Notes under the pieces: generated by a model
The model's database searches: none
Told to the model about the DNA's origin: nothing
The model's input: the letters and a program-made list of their open reading frames with translations, nothing else
Position numbers and translations under genes: made by a program
Part shown: in pieces, positions 18,188-29,832 of the stretch
Layout: each line of letters opens with the position of its first letter
Position numbering within the stretch: position 1 is the stretch's first letter
Assembly (NCBI GenBank): GCA_045646605.1
Contig: JAZRLA010000004.1
Coordinates: 14,251-78,250, forward strand
Reading direction: 5' to 3'
DNA: 64,000 nt
DNA from: Candidatus Enterousia sp.
GTDB taxonomy: Bacteria > Pseudomonadota > Alphaproteobacteria > Rs-D84

Positions 18188-19635
18188 TGTGGCACAAGAT
18201 ATTTTGTTTTTTATTTTTGATACCTGGGATTGCAAATGCATATATCTATGATGAAAAAGATAAATTATCTATAGGTGAAAATAATCGTGTAGTGGTTACC
18301 GATGTTGACAGACCAATTAATTGGTCTTTGGCGGCATTAAGTGGTGTATTAAGGTTTTTGTATGGTCATCATTGTAATGTATCAGAATCGGAACTTGTTG
18401 GATTATCTGATTATATATTCAGGGAAAATCCAACGGCGACTTTAAAGGATATTGCGGAGTATTGTAAGAATATGCCAGAACCATCTTTGTCACCAGTTCT
18501 GTTTTATTATGAAACCAAAGATAAAAAAACTCCGTGTCCGACCGATGGGACAAAAGTTTCTGGGTTTGTTCAGAAAAGTGGTAGTGCCGTGGCAAAAACA
18601 AGTTGCCAATATTTTTTAAGGTTACTGATCGATCAACAAAATAAATACGTTGGTAAGTTTGGTGGTGTTGTTGATGGTAGACCCGGGTTTTATGTTGAAA
18701 AAGTCAGTGATCAAGATGGCGGTATCTATCAGATTGTTGATTTTATAAATTCTGATGATATTGAACAGGCCAGTTCCATATGGGAAATAAATCATGATGG
18801 CAAATCTGATATTAAAAAATTAAATGGTTTTAGTACGGATATAATTCCAGATGAAAATGGTAATTCTGTGCCGGCATTTGTTAATATTTTAACAACTGGA
18901 AAGACGCGTGGAATACATGAAAAAAGTTATATTTTCCCAAAAGTGGATTTGACAGAACAGATAATGAATGCCTGTCGAATTGGATATGAGGGACCTTTGA
19001 TAGGAGTTGTGCGAGATGTAGGAGTTTTTGCCCCAACAAATGCTATGGACGTAAAAAGCACGTTTTGTGAACCTGCTAATACCAGAGTGGGTGAGGCAAT
19101 AGATGAAAATATCTTTGGGGGGCCAATCATTAATTTGCGTATGCCGGGACAAACAGTTACAGAATGTCATGCAAATGGGGTATTATTTAATGGTAAATTG
19201 GTGACATTACAATGGTTGGGGCATTTCTTATATGGTTGCAAAAGGGGGCTGGCGAGTAACGGTGGTGAAAATAAACTAATTTGGTCTATGTATAATAAAA
19301 CTGCGGAATGGGCTCAGTGGTTTACAAACAAAGGTAATGATGCACAAGCATCAGATGACGGTGTTTTTAAGAATGTCCAGAACATTGGTAGCGAAGCGGC
19401 CAAACCTATGTTGTTTTTTAAAGAGAAAATAACATCTAGTCCAGATGAAGCCATAGAACTTGTTAAACAACACATGATAAAAGAAGGGATTGTTGAAGAT
19501 AAATATCATATTCGCAAATGTACCACCAGTGGGTGCGGTGGTAAAAAACCTGCCTATGTTATGTGCCAAGTTGCAGGAACCAATCAATATTATCAATATG
19601 AGTTCAGATATATATGTAATATATTGGCTAAATAG
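18184..19635 (+). CDS. Secreted Cys-containing hypothetical protein
   Basis: ATGA overlap with the upstream stop; signal peptide ..IPGIANA; AT-rich. Confidence 0.75.
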   Translation: MMWHKIFCFLFLIPGIANAYIYDEKDKLSIGENNRVVVTDVDRPINWSLAALSGVLRFLYGHHCNVSESELVGLSDYIFRENPTATLKDIAEYCKNMPEPSLSPVLFYYETKDKKTPCPTDGTKVSGFVQKSGSAVAKTSCQYFLRLLIDQQNKYVGKFGGVVDGRPGFYVEKVSDQDGGIYQIVDFINSDDIEQASSIWEINHDGKSDIKKLNGFSTDIIPDENGNSVPAFVNILTTGKTRGIHEKSYIFPKVDLTEQIMNACRIGYEGPLIGVVRDVGVFAPTNAMDVKSTFCEPANTRVGEAIDENIFGGPIINLRMPGQTVTECHANGVLFNGKLVTLQWLGHFLYGCKRGLASNGGENKLIWSMYNKTAEWAQWFTNKGNDAQASDDGVFKNVQNIGSEAAKPMLFFKEKITSSPDEAIELVKQHMIKEGIVEDKYHIRKCTTSGCGGKKPAYVMCQVAGTNQYYQYEFRYICNILAK

Positions 19636-19656
19636 AGCCTGGGGTGAAATAAAATA

Positions 19657-19685
19657 TTGACAAATAAAATCTTTTTGTCTATATT
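19657..19685 (+). promoter_or_regulatory. sigma70 promoter
   Basis: TTGACA-N17-TATATT. Confidence 0.65.
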
Positions 19686-19710
19686 GTGTTCAGAATAAGA
19701 CAAAAAGGAT

Positions 19711-20172
19711 ATGAAAATGAAAAAAATTGATGCGAACATCAAAAATGCGTCTATGCTCGTGGCGATAATGTCTTTTGTGATATTTTTTGGTTCAGTAGGA
19801 GCCAAAAATATATATGAAAAGAAACGTGCGTATGATTTTTATAAATTTTTGATGAATAAAGTTGATAGTTCTGCACTGGCAGCTGTGTCAGATGAGGGTA
19901 TAGACGCGTTTGTGCGCGGATACGAGAAAGATTCTTTATTGGTAGAACGGTATTTGAAAGATTTGAGATGTTTTTCCAATGCTCATGAAAAAGATATGAA
20001 GAAAAGTGCGCATTTGATAAATCAATTTGATAAAACTATACCTTTTGAATCAGCGTTGAAGATCTTAGAAGAAAAAAATTATAATATTGGACCTAATATG
20101 GTTTTGTTTACCAATGTAAAGACAAAACTGTTAAATGCAGAACGTGCTCAACAATTTATGAAAACAAAATAA
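19711..20172 (+). CDS. Hypothetical protein with N-terminal hydrophobic helix
   Basis: 153-aa ORF, RBS aagga. Confidence 0.7.
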   Translation: MKMKKIDANIKNASMLVAIMSFVIFFGSVGAKNIYEKKRAYDFYKFLMNKVDSSALAAVSDEGIDAFVRGYEKDSLLVERYLKDLRCFSNAHEKDMKKSAHLINQFDKTIPFESALKILEEKNYNIGPNMVLFTNVKTKLLNAERAQQFMKTK

Positions 20173-20183
20173 AACTTATAACT

Positions 20184-21842
20184 TTACTTTTCTTCGTCCT
20201 TGCCAAGGCCGATAGTTTTCTTCGCACTGTCCAGGGTGCGAATAAGGGCGCGGCGAATTTTGCCGGATATTGTCATAGGTAAACTGTCCACGAATTCGAT
20301 CACGCGTGGGTATTTATACGCCGCGGTGCGGTTGCGGACATGGTCTTGCAATTGCCGCACCAAAACGTCCGTGCCTTGGAAATATTTATTCAAAACGATT
20401 GTTGCCTTGACCGCCATGCCACGTGATGGGTCAGGGATTCCGGTGACGGCAACCTCACGCACCGCGGGGTGTTCAAGCAGGACACTTTCAACCTCAAACG
20501 GGCTAATGCGGTATCCGGATGATTTAATCAAATCGTCATTGCGGCCGACGAACCAATAGTATCCATCCGAATCGCGATACGCAACGTCGCCGGTGTGATA
20601 ATACCCGTCACGAAACGCCGCCGCCGTCAGTTTTTCATTCTTGTGATATTTTTGGAACATGCCGACCGGTCGGCCGTTTGCGACGGATATACAGATTTCG
20701 CCAACCTTGCCATCCGGAACGGGGCGACCGTCTTCGTCCAGTAATTTTATGTCCAATCCGGCGGCGGGCATGCCCATGCTGCCGGGTTTTGGTTTTATCC
20801 ATTGGTTAGTAAAAAGTTGTACGGTTGTTTCGGTTTGACCGAACCCTTCGTGCAATTCGATTCCGGTCATGTCAAGGAAACGTTCATAAACCTCTGGGTT
20901 TAATGCTTCGCCCGCGACGTCGGCCTTTACCAATTTTGAAAGGTCATATTTCGATGCGTCCGCGTGAATCAGCATTTTATAGACCGTCGGTGGCGCGCAA
21001 AATGATGTTACGCCGTTGTCCGCCATTGCCGCCCAAAGGTCGTGTGCGTTGAAAATACCACTGACGTCGAAAATGAAAACGGTTGCGCCGGCAAGCCATT
21101 GGCCATACATTTTTCCCCATGAACATTTTGCCCAACCCGATTCGGAAAGTGTGAAATGAACATCGCCGTCGGTTAGGCGTTGCCAGAACACCGCGGTATT
21201 TATGTGGCCCAACGGATACGCGTAGTTGTGTGCCACCATTTTCGGTAAATCTGTTGTGCCACTGGTGAAATAAATCACCATCGTGTCGGTGTTTTCGTTC
21301 GGCACGCGTTCGAATTCCGCCGGCATAGTGTTTATCGAATCGGCGACTTCATCGTTTGATATCATCATCACGTCCGAATCGCCAATTGCGGCTTTTATTT
21401 CCGGAATTATGTGTCCGTCGTCAAAGGCAATGATAGCCCGAGATTCGGCCGCATCGATTCGGTATTTGATATCTTCGGCCTTTAATTGATTTGTTGATGG
21501 AATTGGAATGATTCCGGCGCGGTGCATCGCCATCATCAAAATCCAATATTCCCAGCGGCGACGCAAGAAAAGCAACACCGTATCACCACGTTTCAATCCG
21601 CGCGATGTCAGGTAATTTGCAACCGAACCCGACATACGTGACAGGTCACGGAATGTGAAATTTTTTTTGTTTCCCGAATCGTCAACCCAAATAATCGCCA
21701 ATTTGTCCGGCGTTTCGCGCGCGATGACATCGATGACGTCGTACACAAAATTAAAGTTTTCCGGAACAACCGGTATTCCATTTTGCAGATAGTCATCGTA
21801 ACTTTCAAATTTTTCCTTGGTCAAAAAACGCGTTGCGAACAT
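20184..21842 (-). CDS. AMP-binding acyl-CoA synthetase (acetate/medium-chain CoA ligase type)
   Basis: YFTSGTTDLPK, EGFGQTET, YHTGD, GRNDDLIKSSGYRISPFEVES, LPMTISGKIRR. Confidence 0.92.
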   Translation of the reverse strand: MFATRFLTKEKFESYDDYLQNGIPVVPENFNFVYDVIDVIARETPDKLAIIWVDDSGNKKNFTFRDLSRMSGSVANYLTSRGLKRGDTVLLFLRRRWEYWILMMAMHRAGIIPIPSTNQLKAEDIKYRIDAAESRAIIAFDDGHIIPEIKAAIGDSDVMMISNDEVADSINTMPAEFERVPNENTDTMVIYFTSGTTDLPKMVAHNYAYPLGHINTAVFWQRLTDGDVHFTLSESGWAKCSWGKMYGQWLAGATVFIFDVSGIFNAHDLWAAMADNGVTSFCAPPTVYKMLIHADASKYDLSKLVKADVAGEALNPEVYERFLDMTGIELHEGFGQTETTVQLFTNQWIKPKPGSMGMPAAGLDIKLLDEDGRPVPDGKVGEICISVANGRPVGMFQKYHKNEKLTAAAFRDGYYHTGDVAYRDSDGYYWFVGRNDDLIKSSGYRISPFEVESVLLEHPAVREVAVTGIPDPSRGMAVKATIVLNKYFQGTDVLVRQLQDHVRNRTAAYKYPRVIEFVDSLPMTISGKIRRALIRTLDSAKKTIGLGKDEEK

Positions 21843-22012
21843 TGATGCCTCTTTATTGTTTATTTGTGAATAATGCCATTTTTTCCGTAAAAGACAAGCG
21901 GAAATGTGGGGCGCACAGAAAAAAGTTAAAAAAAAGTTGCAAACGCAAATTTATGTTCTACAATCGATTCGTTCTTAAAAGATAAGAACGTTTGTTTGTT
22001 GTTGTGTGTGTT

Positions 22013-22089
<77 letters not shown>

Positions 22090-22247
22090 TAAATTAAAAT
22101 TACCCCGTCCCCTCGGGGTAATTTTTATTTATGGTTGATGTGACAATCGGATTTGACATATTGCATACGTAAGTATGCCAGGTTCGGAACAAGCACGCAA
22201 TGCGTGCGCAGTGAAAGGGGCCCGCGAACGAAGTGAGTGGGAATTAC

Positions 22248-22275
22248 AATCCTGTTACTCCGACCATAAATTAAA
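22248..22275 (+). repeat. 28-bp duplicate of the tRNA-Pro 3' end and flank
   Basis: aatcctgttactccgaccataaattaaa identical to 22071-22098. Confidence 0.9.
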
Positions 22276-22304
22276 TCGCGCCGTCCCCTCGGCGCGATTT
22301 TGAT

Positions 22305-22336
22305 TTAGTGTTAGTGTAAGTGATTAGTGTTAGTGG
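22305..22336 (+). repeat. TTAGTG-type x5 array
   Basis: ttagtg ttagtg taagtga ttagtg ttagtgg. Confidence 0.85.
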
Positions 22337-22457
22337 GTGATATTCCGTCCCGCTTTCGCTATCGCTACAGCGAGGCAGAGCCATATCGGGGCATTTTTGA
22401 TTTATCATGGTCGTGGTTAGTTGTGTGTTTTTTCTTTTTGTGTTATAATTCTGTGGT

Positions 22458-23276
22458 ATGAAAATCGAAAAATTATTTTTGGGTGAATCTGATAAATTTC
22501 GGGCGGCGGATTTTGCCGCCGGCGATATTGTGCCGTTTAGAAATCAATACTATTTGATGGATGTGGAAAACTTTCATTTTGAAGAAATCGATGACTTTGA
22601 AAATCGTATAGATAGGCAAAAAGTTAAAAATTTTCTGGATGCGAAGAAGGTTAGTATCCCGGTGGATGATTTTGTTGCACTTTGGAATTTTCAGAGATGG
22701 TTATGGGTTACTTATCCCGATCGTTGTAAGTATCAAAGTATGCGGGGCGAAGTTTTAAGTATGATGAAAAATAGCCCGACAAATCCCACACCTTTGTCGG
22801 TCGCGTTCGCAAAAAAGATTGTTATGTGCACAGAAACATCGGCACTTGCACAAATGTATTTGCAACACAGGGGTATCAAAAGTGTTTTATATGCTGGAAA
22901 TGCTATTGATAATCCAAATGAAGATATTAGATTTGGTGGGACTGCGCATGCATGGGTGAGGGTAGAATTGGGTGGACAAAAGTATTTTTATGATCCGGCA
23001 AATCCAATAGTTATTGATAAAATGCTGTTGCCGGCGATAATGGATTATTCGGCATTGTCGAAATCTGATAAAGACGAATTTGAAAAAATAATACACCAAT
23101 CATCAGACCAAGGTGGTGGTTTTGCATACATTGAAGCGATGGATGTTTATGGGGCGGGACGGCGTTGGCTTTATGGTTTTCAATGTGGCGATAATCAAAG
23201 GCGTGTAGAAAGTGCGGTAAAAAGACAGGCGACGAAACAATCGCAACAAATGCAATCGTCACGTGGTCGTGCGTAA
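22458..23276 (+). CDS. Transglutaminase/papain-like fold protein
   Basis: Cys-His-Asp pattern: MCTETSALAQMYL, AHAWV, FYDPAN. Confidence 0.7.
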   Translation: MKIEKLFLGESDKFRAADFAAGDIVPFRNQYYLMDVENFHFEEIDDFENRIDRQKVKNFLDAKKVSIPVDDFVALWNFQRWLWVTYPDRCKYQSMRGEVLSMMKNSPTNPTPLSVAFAKKIVMCTETSALAQMYLQHRGIKSVLYAGNAIDNPNEDIRFGGTAHAWVRVELGGQKYFYDPANPIVIDKMLLPAIMDYSALSKSDKDEFEKIIHQSSDQGGGFAYIEAMDVYGAGRRWLYGFQCGDNQRRVESAVKRQATKQSQQMQSSRGRA

Positions 23277-23319
23277 TAAATTTGCAAAATTATTTTTATC
23301 TGCAATAATTCCCACCGTT

Positions 23320-24339
23320 ATGCGCAGGCGGACGAAAAAATTTTTAAAACGTTATATTTTTGGTGTTGCGGGGATATTGTTCGCCGTTATTTTCTATGCG
23401 TTGTGTATTCGTTCGACCGTTCGTGAATCGGTTACGTTTAGTATTAATTCGGGCGATACGGTTGCATCGGTTGCGCGTCGAATCGATTCGAAAAAAATTG
23501 TGTTTTCCGATATGGCGTTCAAGGTTGCAATTCGTTTGCGTGGGGGACGTGTGCAAAAGGGTGAATATGAAATTCCGGCCGGTGCATCGGCTTGGCGAAT
23601 TGCCGGAATTTTTGCGCGTGGAAAAATTGCGCTGGTAAAAATTGTTATCCCCGAAGGTATGACAATTTTACAAATCAAAGATTTATTGCGCGGGTATAGT
23701 GCGCTTTCGGGCGATGTTGATTGCAATGATTGGCGTGCGGTTTGTGATATCGCGGATGGTGATGTTTTCCCGGATACATACTATGTTGCACGTGGAACGT
23801 CGCGGTTGGATGTTTTGGATATCGCACGCAAGAAAATGGATGAAACCAAGAATAAATGGTTGCGCACGCGGCGAAATCCGCCGGCACCACTTACGGGGTG
23901 GAATGATGTGATAACACTTGCGTCGATTGTGCAACGTGAAACACCGAAAGTTAGCGAGATGAAAATTGTGGCCAGTGTGTATCTAAATCGTTTGCGGCGT
24001 GGTATGCGGCTTCAGGCTGATCCAACCGTGATTTATGCGTTGACCGATGGATATGGTGATATGAAAGGTGCACCGTTGTTACGCGGGCATTTGAAAATAG
24101 ATAGTCCGTATAATACATATCGTAACAAAGGTTTGCCGCCGGCACCGATCGCAAATGTTGGGTCACATGCGATTCGTGCGGTATTGGAACCGGCGGATAC
24201 CAAGTACCTGTATTTTGTTGCGGATGGGCGCGGTGGACATAAATTTTCGACCGATTATGAAACGCATTTGAAAAATCATGCTGATTGGCGTGAAATAAAA
24301 AAATTAAAGAATCCTGAATTGAATTTTGACAATCAGTAA
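23320..24339 (+). CDS. mltG: Endolytic transglycosylase MltG
   Basis: N-terminal TM helix; IPEG; LASIVQRE; VYLNRL..GMRLQADPTV; SPYNTY..GLPPAPIAN; YLYFVADG. Confidence 0.93.
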   Translation: MRRRTKKFLKRYIFGVAGILFAVIFYALCIRSTVRESVTFSINSGDTVASVARRIDSKKIVFSDMAFKVAIRLRGGRVQKGEYEIPAGASAWRIAGIFARGKIALVKIVIPEGMTILQIKDLLRGYSALSGDVDCNDWRAVCDIADGDVFPDTYYVARGTSRLDVLDIARKKMDETKNKWLRTRRNPPAPLTGWNDVITLASIVQRETPKVSEMKIVASVYLNRLRRGMRLQADPTVIYALTDGYGDMKGAPLLRGHLKIDSPYNTYRNKGLPPAPIANVGSHAIRAVLEPADTKYLYFVADGRGGHKFSTDYETHLKNHADWREIKKLKNPELNFDNQ

Positions 24340-24580
24340 AACATTTAACGAATCGCCAAATCAAAAATATTCATATTTGCGTGAAAAAAAGTTTTAGATT
24401 TATGCGTGTTTGCGCATTTGGTAAAAAATACAAATTTAAACCGGCGACCATTGTATCATATTTTTTTATGTTTATCAAAAATCTTTTTTCTTGAAAAAAA
24501 TCTTATCAATGTGAAAATATACTTAGCTAGGTTAGGGAATATTCTAGTTTCCAATTAACAAACAAAAGAAAGGAAAGAAA

Positions 24581-25369
24581 ATGAAAAAAATTGCTTTGAC
24601 CTCTTTATTAACTATCGCGATGGCGTCTGCGGCGCACGCAAGTGTAAACGTTATGGATGGTAATCCATTGTATATGCCAAAGGCGGGGCATTTCTATAGT
24701 GAAACATCGTTATCATCTAATTCCAAGACAACTGAAAGTTGGGCGTTGGGTGAAGATTTCGGTTATGGTATTACCGACCGTTTTGCAATCAATTTGACAA
24801 CATCTTTGGATGAAGTTGATTCTTTTGACTTGTTCGGGTGGAATGGTTTGTCGTTGGGTGCGGCATATCGTGTTTTGAACAATGGACATTGGGTTGCCGA
24901 TGTGGTTGGGTCATACAATGTTGATGGTTGGTTGTATGCGTATGATGAAAATGCCGATGATGGTTACTTTATGGAAAAAGAATTGTTGAACTATACATGG
25001 AAAGCCGGTATCCGTGGTGGCTATACGGTTGCACGCTTTACTGTTGCCGGTCATGTGATGTTCAGTTATGAAAACAGCGAATCATTTAATTGGAATGAAG
25101 ATGGGGAGCATAGATTGGCGTTCGGTTTGGATGGTCAATATATAATCAATCGTGATTGGAACTTGGTCGCGGGTATTGAATATTCCGGTCAAATTGATGA
25201 TGGTGTGAAAAATACAGGTCGTTTGATTGGTGATTTTGGTGTGAATTATAACATAAGTTCATCGTCATATGTTGGTGCGTATGTTGCCGGCGAAATGTTA
25301 CATGCGACCGGTGATTGGAAATGGCGCGAAGGTATGGGATTCGGTGTTAAATTCGGTGTCGATTTCTAA
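24581..25369 (+). CDS. Outer-membrane beta-barrel protein, paralog 1
   Basis: Signal peptide ending AHA; amphipathic strands; C-terminal FGVKFGVDF. Confidence 0.85.
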   Translation: MKKIALTSLLTIAMASAAHASVNVMDGNPLYMPKAGHFYSETSLSSNSKTTESWALGEDFGYGITDRFAINLTTSLDEVDSFDLFGWNGLSLGAAYRVLNNGHWVADVVGSYNVDGWLYAYDENADDGYFMEKELLNYTWKAGIRGGYTVARFTVAGHVMFSYENSESFNWNEDGEHRLAFGLDGQYIINRDWNLVAGIEYSGQIDDGVKNTGRLIGDFGVNYNISSSSYVGAYVAGEMLHATGDWKWREGMGFGVKFGVDF

Positions 25370-25537
25370 GGTTTGATTGTTGATGCGCCCCGTGCTTTTT
25401 GTATGGGGCGTATTCAGTTTTAAGAAGAAATTCATTTTTTTCTTGAAAGTCCATTGAAATTTAGGATAAAATGCACATAGCTAGATGGGAATAAATTTCT
25501 AGTTTCCAAATAAACAAATAACAAAAGGAAAAACAAA

Positions 25538-26335
25538 ATGAAAAAAATTGCTTTGACTTCTTTATTGGCGGTTGTTGCGGCATCTGCGGCACACGCAAGT
25601 ATTAATGTTATCGATGGTAATCCGCTGTATATGCCACAAAAAGGGCATTTTTACAGTGAAACATCGTTGGAATCGGATACGGATATGACCACGGCGGTTG
25701 AATTGGGTGAAGAATTTGGATACGGTATCACCGATCGCTTTGCGGTAAGTGTTTCTACGTCTGTGGCGGAAGATGATTGGTTTGATGGTAATCGTTGGGG
25801 CGAAATGGGGATTGATGCCACATATCGTTTGATTGGTGATGGTGCGTGGAAATTGGATGTTATGGCTGGCTTTGCGTTGAATCCGATGTGGGATGATCAT
25901 CGCCCATTCCTGGATAAAGACGATACAAGATATATGTGGGGCGCCGGTGTTCGTGGTGGTTATGTGAACAACGATTGGACAATTGCCGCGCATGCAAACT
26001 TTATTTATCAAAATACCGAAGCGTTCAATTGGGGTAAGGAAAATGTGGACGATTTGTGGAATAATCATATGTTGAACCTTGGGGTTGCGGGTCATTGGAC
26101 AATGAGTGATACGTGGAGTGCACTTGTGACCGCGGATTATTTCAAATCGTTGGATCGTTATAATGATGAAGAAGCGTATGGTTATTGGACGATTGCGGCG
26201 GGTTTGAACTATAACATTGATACAACCAAATATGTCGGTGTTTATATCACCAAAGATATCGACCACGAAGGTGACGGTTGGTGGAGTGTTGAAAACGGTT
26301 TCGGTTTCGGTGCTAAATTCGGTATCGATTTCTAA
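25538..26335 (+). CDS. Outer-membrane beta-barrel protein, paralog 2
   Basis: Shares DGNPLYMP..GHFYSETSL with paralog 1; C-terminal FGAKFGIDF. Confidence 0.85.
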   Translation: MKKIALTSLLAVVAASAAHASINVIDGNPLYMPQKGHFYSETSLESDTDMTTAVELGEEFGYGITDRFAVSVSTSVAEDDWFDGNRWGEMGIDATYRLIGDGAWKLDVMAGFALNPMWDDHRPFLDKDDTRYMWGAGVRGGYVNNDWTIAAHANFIYQNTEAFNWGKENVDDLWNNHMLNLGVAGHWTMSDTWSALVTADYFKSLDRYNDEEAYGYWTIAAGLNYNIDTTKYVGVYITKDIDHEGDGWWSVENGFGFGAKFGIDF

Positions 26336-26348
26336 TCGTTTGAATAAA

Positions 26349-26382
26349 CAAAAAACGCCGTCCGTTTGGACGGTGTTTTTTT
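26349..26382 (+). terminator. Intrinsic terminator
   Basis: aaaaaacgccgtcc-gttt-ggacggtgttttttt. Confidence 0.75.
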
Positions 26383-26383
26383 G

Positions 26384-26523
26384 TTAGTGGTTAGTGTTAG
26401 TGGTTAGTGGGGCCCGATACGGCGGTATCTTGTCGATTTTGTTGTATCCCGATTTTCTGTAACTCTAAAAAGATCCCGGCTTTCGCCGGGATGACGATTT
26501 TACTAACCACTTACACTTCTCAC
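26384..26523. repeat. TTAGTG(G) x4 array, REP fragment, and an inverted degenerate array
   Basis: ttagtgg ttagtg ttagtgg ttagtgg at 26384-26410; REP ending gatgacg at 26496; tactaaccacttacacttctcac at 26501-26523. Confidence 0.8.
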
Positions 26524-26541
26524 TTTTTTTATCAAAATTCC

Positions 26542-26570
26542 TTGACAACCGCCATGTTCGGGGTTATAGT
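26542..26570 (+). promoter_or_regulatory. str operon sigma70 promoter
   Basis: TTGACA-N17-TATAGT. Confidence 0.75.
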
Positions 26571-26721
26571 ATTGACGCTTTCTGTGTAATAAAGGAAAGT
26601 GAAAATTACAGAAAAACGCCGTATTTTGGCAGATTTATAATTGCGGTCGCGCCGTTCAAAATAAGTCTGATGCGGGTTTTTGTGTGGAAAAAAGGTTAAA
26701 AAAATAACAAAGAGATTTTGA

Positions 26722-27093
26722 ATGCCAACTGTAAATCAATTGATTCGGAAACCACGTAAAAAGGTCGTTGTGAAATCTACGGCGCCTGATATGATGGAAA
26801 ATCCGCAGAAACGTGGTGTTTGCACGCGTGTTTATACGACAACACCAAAAAAACCTAATTCGGCGCAACGTAAGGTTGCCCGTGTTAAACTTGCCAACGG
26901 ACGCGAAGTTACCGCGTATATCCCTGGTGAAGGTCATAATTTACAGGAACACAGTGTCGTTATGATTCGTGGCGGCCGTGTAAAGGACTTGCCCGGTGTG
27001 AAATATCACATCATTCGTGGTGTGTTGGATACCAAGGGCGTGGAGAGCAGAAAACAAGGTCGTTCTTTGTATGGTGCAAAGAAAGCAAAATAA
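26722..27093 (+). CDS. rpsL: 30S ribosomal protein S12
   Basis: [26 protein letters not shown]. Confidence 0.99.
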   Translation: MPTVNQLIRKPRKKVVVKSTAPDMMENPQKRGVCTRVYTTTPKKPNSAQRKVARVKLANGREVTAYIPGEGHNLQEHSVVMIRGGRVKDLPGVKYHIIRGVLDTKGVESRKQGRSLYGAKKAK

Positions 27094-27159
27094 CAGTAAC
27101 ATGCGGGAAACCGTATGAGTAATCCAAGTTATCTTGGGTGAAGAAACAAAAAGGAATGA

Positions 27160-27636
<477 letters not shown>

Positions 27637-27657
27637 TATAAAAGAAAAGGAAAGAAA

Positions 27658-29739
27658 ATGTCTGTTGGTAAAACCGCACCATTACATATGTATAGAAATA
27701 TCGGCATTATGGCGCACATTGATGCCGGTAAAACCACAACTTCGGAACGTATTTTGTTCTATACTGGAAAGACATATAAAATTGGCGAAGTGCATGACGG
27801 TGCCGCCACTATGGACTGGATGGAACAGGAACAAGAACGTGGTATTACAATTACTTCGGCGGCGACAACGTGTTTCTGGCGCGACCATCGTATTAATTTG
27901 ATTGATACCCCGGGGCACGTGGACTTTACGATGGAAGTGGAACGGTCTTTGCGTGTTTTGGACGGCGCGGTTGCGGTTTTCGAATCGGTGTCGGGTGTGC
28001 AGCCGCAGACCGAAACAGTTTGGCGTCAGGCCGACCGTTACAATGTTCCGCGTATTTGCTTTATCAATAAAATGGATCGTGTGGGTGGAAATTTCTTCCG
28101 CTGTGTTGATATGATTCGTGAACGGTTGGGTGCAAATCCGTTGGTTTTGAATTTCCCGATTGGGGCCGAAGCGGACTTTAAGGGTGTGGTTGATGTTTTG
28201 GAAATGAAGGGTTTAATTTGGGAAGATGAAACAGGTTCACATCCAATTACTATTGAAATTCCCGAAGAATTAAAGGCCAAGGCTGAAGAATTGCACAACA
28301 AATTGATTGAAGAAGTTGTGACATTGGATGATACGGTCATGGAAGAATATATGGAAGGCAAGGTGCCGGATCATGATACGTTGAAAAAGTTGTTGCGCAA
28401 AGGTGTGATCGCCCAGAATTTTGTTCCGGTGCTTTGCGGAACGGCGTTTAAGAACAAGGGCGTTCAACCATTGTTGGATGCGATTGTTGATTACTTGCCG
28501 TCACCATTGGATGTTCCGGCGATTAAAGGAACCAAGATGGACAAGGAAACCGTTGCGGAACGTCATCCGGATCCAAAAGAACCGTTCAGTGCATTGGCGT
28601 TTAAGGTTGCAAATGATCCTTTTGTTGGAAATTTGATGTTCATCCGTATTTATTCGGGTAAGTTGACATCGGGTTCATACATCTATAATTCGAATCGCGA
28701 TAAACGCGAACGTGTTGGTCGTATGTTGCTTATGCATTCCAACCAACGTGAAGAAATCAAAGAGGCCAGTGCAGGGGACATCATTACATTGGTTGGTATG
28801 AAGGAAACGATTACTGGCGATACGCTGTGCGATGAAAACAATCCGATTATTTTGGAAAATATCCATGTTCCGGAACCGGTTATTTCCATTGCGGTTGAAC
28901 CAAAGACCAAGGCGGATATCGAAAAAATGTCGCTGGGGCTGCAGGCGTTGGCCAAGGAAGATCCTTCGTTCCGTGTTTCGGTTGACGAAGAATCCGGTCA
29001 AACGATTTTGGCGGGCGTCGGTGAATTGCATTTGGAAATTTTGGTTGACCGTTTATTGCGTGAGTTTAAGGTTGATGTGAATGTTGGTGAACCGCGTATC
29101 GCATATCGTGAAACATTCCGCAAACCGGTGACCGAAGAATATACTCATAAAAAACAATCCGGTGGTTCGGGTCAATATGCCCAGGTAAAGATTGAATTTG
29201 AGCCGTTGGAACCGGGCAAGGGTTACGAATTTGAAAACAAGATTGTCGGTGGTGCGATTCCAAAAGAATACATCCCCGGGGTTGAAAAAGGATTGAAGAT
29301 AGCGCAGCAGACCGGTGTTCTGATTGGCTATCCGACTGTGGATTTCAAAGCAACATTGGTTGATGGTAAATATCACGAAGTCGATTCTAATGTGTTGTGC
29401 TTTGAAATTGCGGCACGTGCCTGTTTCCGCGAAGCAATGAAAAAGGCCGCGCCGAAATTGCTGGAACCGATTATGAAACTTTCGGTTAATACGCCGGAAG
29501 AATATGTCGGTGACATCATCGGTGACTTGAACAGCCGTCGTGGACAAATCAATGGTATTGAAACCCAGTTCGGAAATCAGGTGATTTCGGCGTTCGTTCC
29601 GCTGGCGAATTTGTTCGGCTATGTCAAGACACTACGTTCTTTGTCCCAGGGACGTGCAAATCCGTATATGGAATTGTCGCACTATGACGAAGTTCCGCAA
29701 AATGTCGCAGATGAGGTTATAAAAAAGCTGACAAAGTAA
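27658..29739 (+). CDS. fusA: Elongation factor G
   Basis: [34 protein letters not shown]. Confidence 0.99.
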   Translation: MSVGKTAPLHMYRNIGIMAHIDAGKTTTSERILFYTGKTYKIGEVHDGAATMDWMEQEQERGITITSAATTCFWRDHRINLIDTPGHVDFTMEVERSLRVLDGAVAVFESVSGVQPQTETVWRQADRYNVPRICFINKMDRVGGNFFRCVDMIRERLGANPLVLNFPIGAEADFKGVVDVLEMKGLIWEDETGSHPITIEIPEELKAKAEELHNKLIEEVVTLDDTVMEEYMEGKVPDHDTLKKLLRKGVIAQNFVPVLCGTAFKNKGVQPLLDAIVDYLPSPLDVPAIKGTKMDKETVAERHPDPKEPFSALAFKVANDPFVGNLMFIRIYSGKLTSGSYIYNSNRDKRERVGRMLLMHSNQREEIKEASAGDIITLVGMKETITGDTLCDENNPIILENIHVPEPVISIAVEPKTKADIEKMSLGLQALAKEDPSFRVSVDEESGQTILAGVGELHLEILVDRLLREFKVDVNVGEPRIAYRETFRKPVTEEYTHKKQSGGSGQYAQVKIEFEPLEPGKGYEFENKIVGGAIPKEYIPGVEKGLKIAQQTGVLIGYPTVDFKATLVDGKYHEVDSNVLCFEIAARACFREAMKKAAPKLLEPIMKLSVNTPEEYVGDIIGDLNSRRGQINGIETQFGNQVISAFVPLANLFGYVKTLRSLSQGRANPYMELSHYDEVPQNVADEVIKKLTK

Positions 29740-29832
29740 AAAAAGTTTAGACATTTGATTTTTTTGATGTAGTATCAAAATTCGGATGTCATAAAAAGAA
29801 CAATAAATTAACCAAAGCCCAAGGAGAAAACC

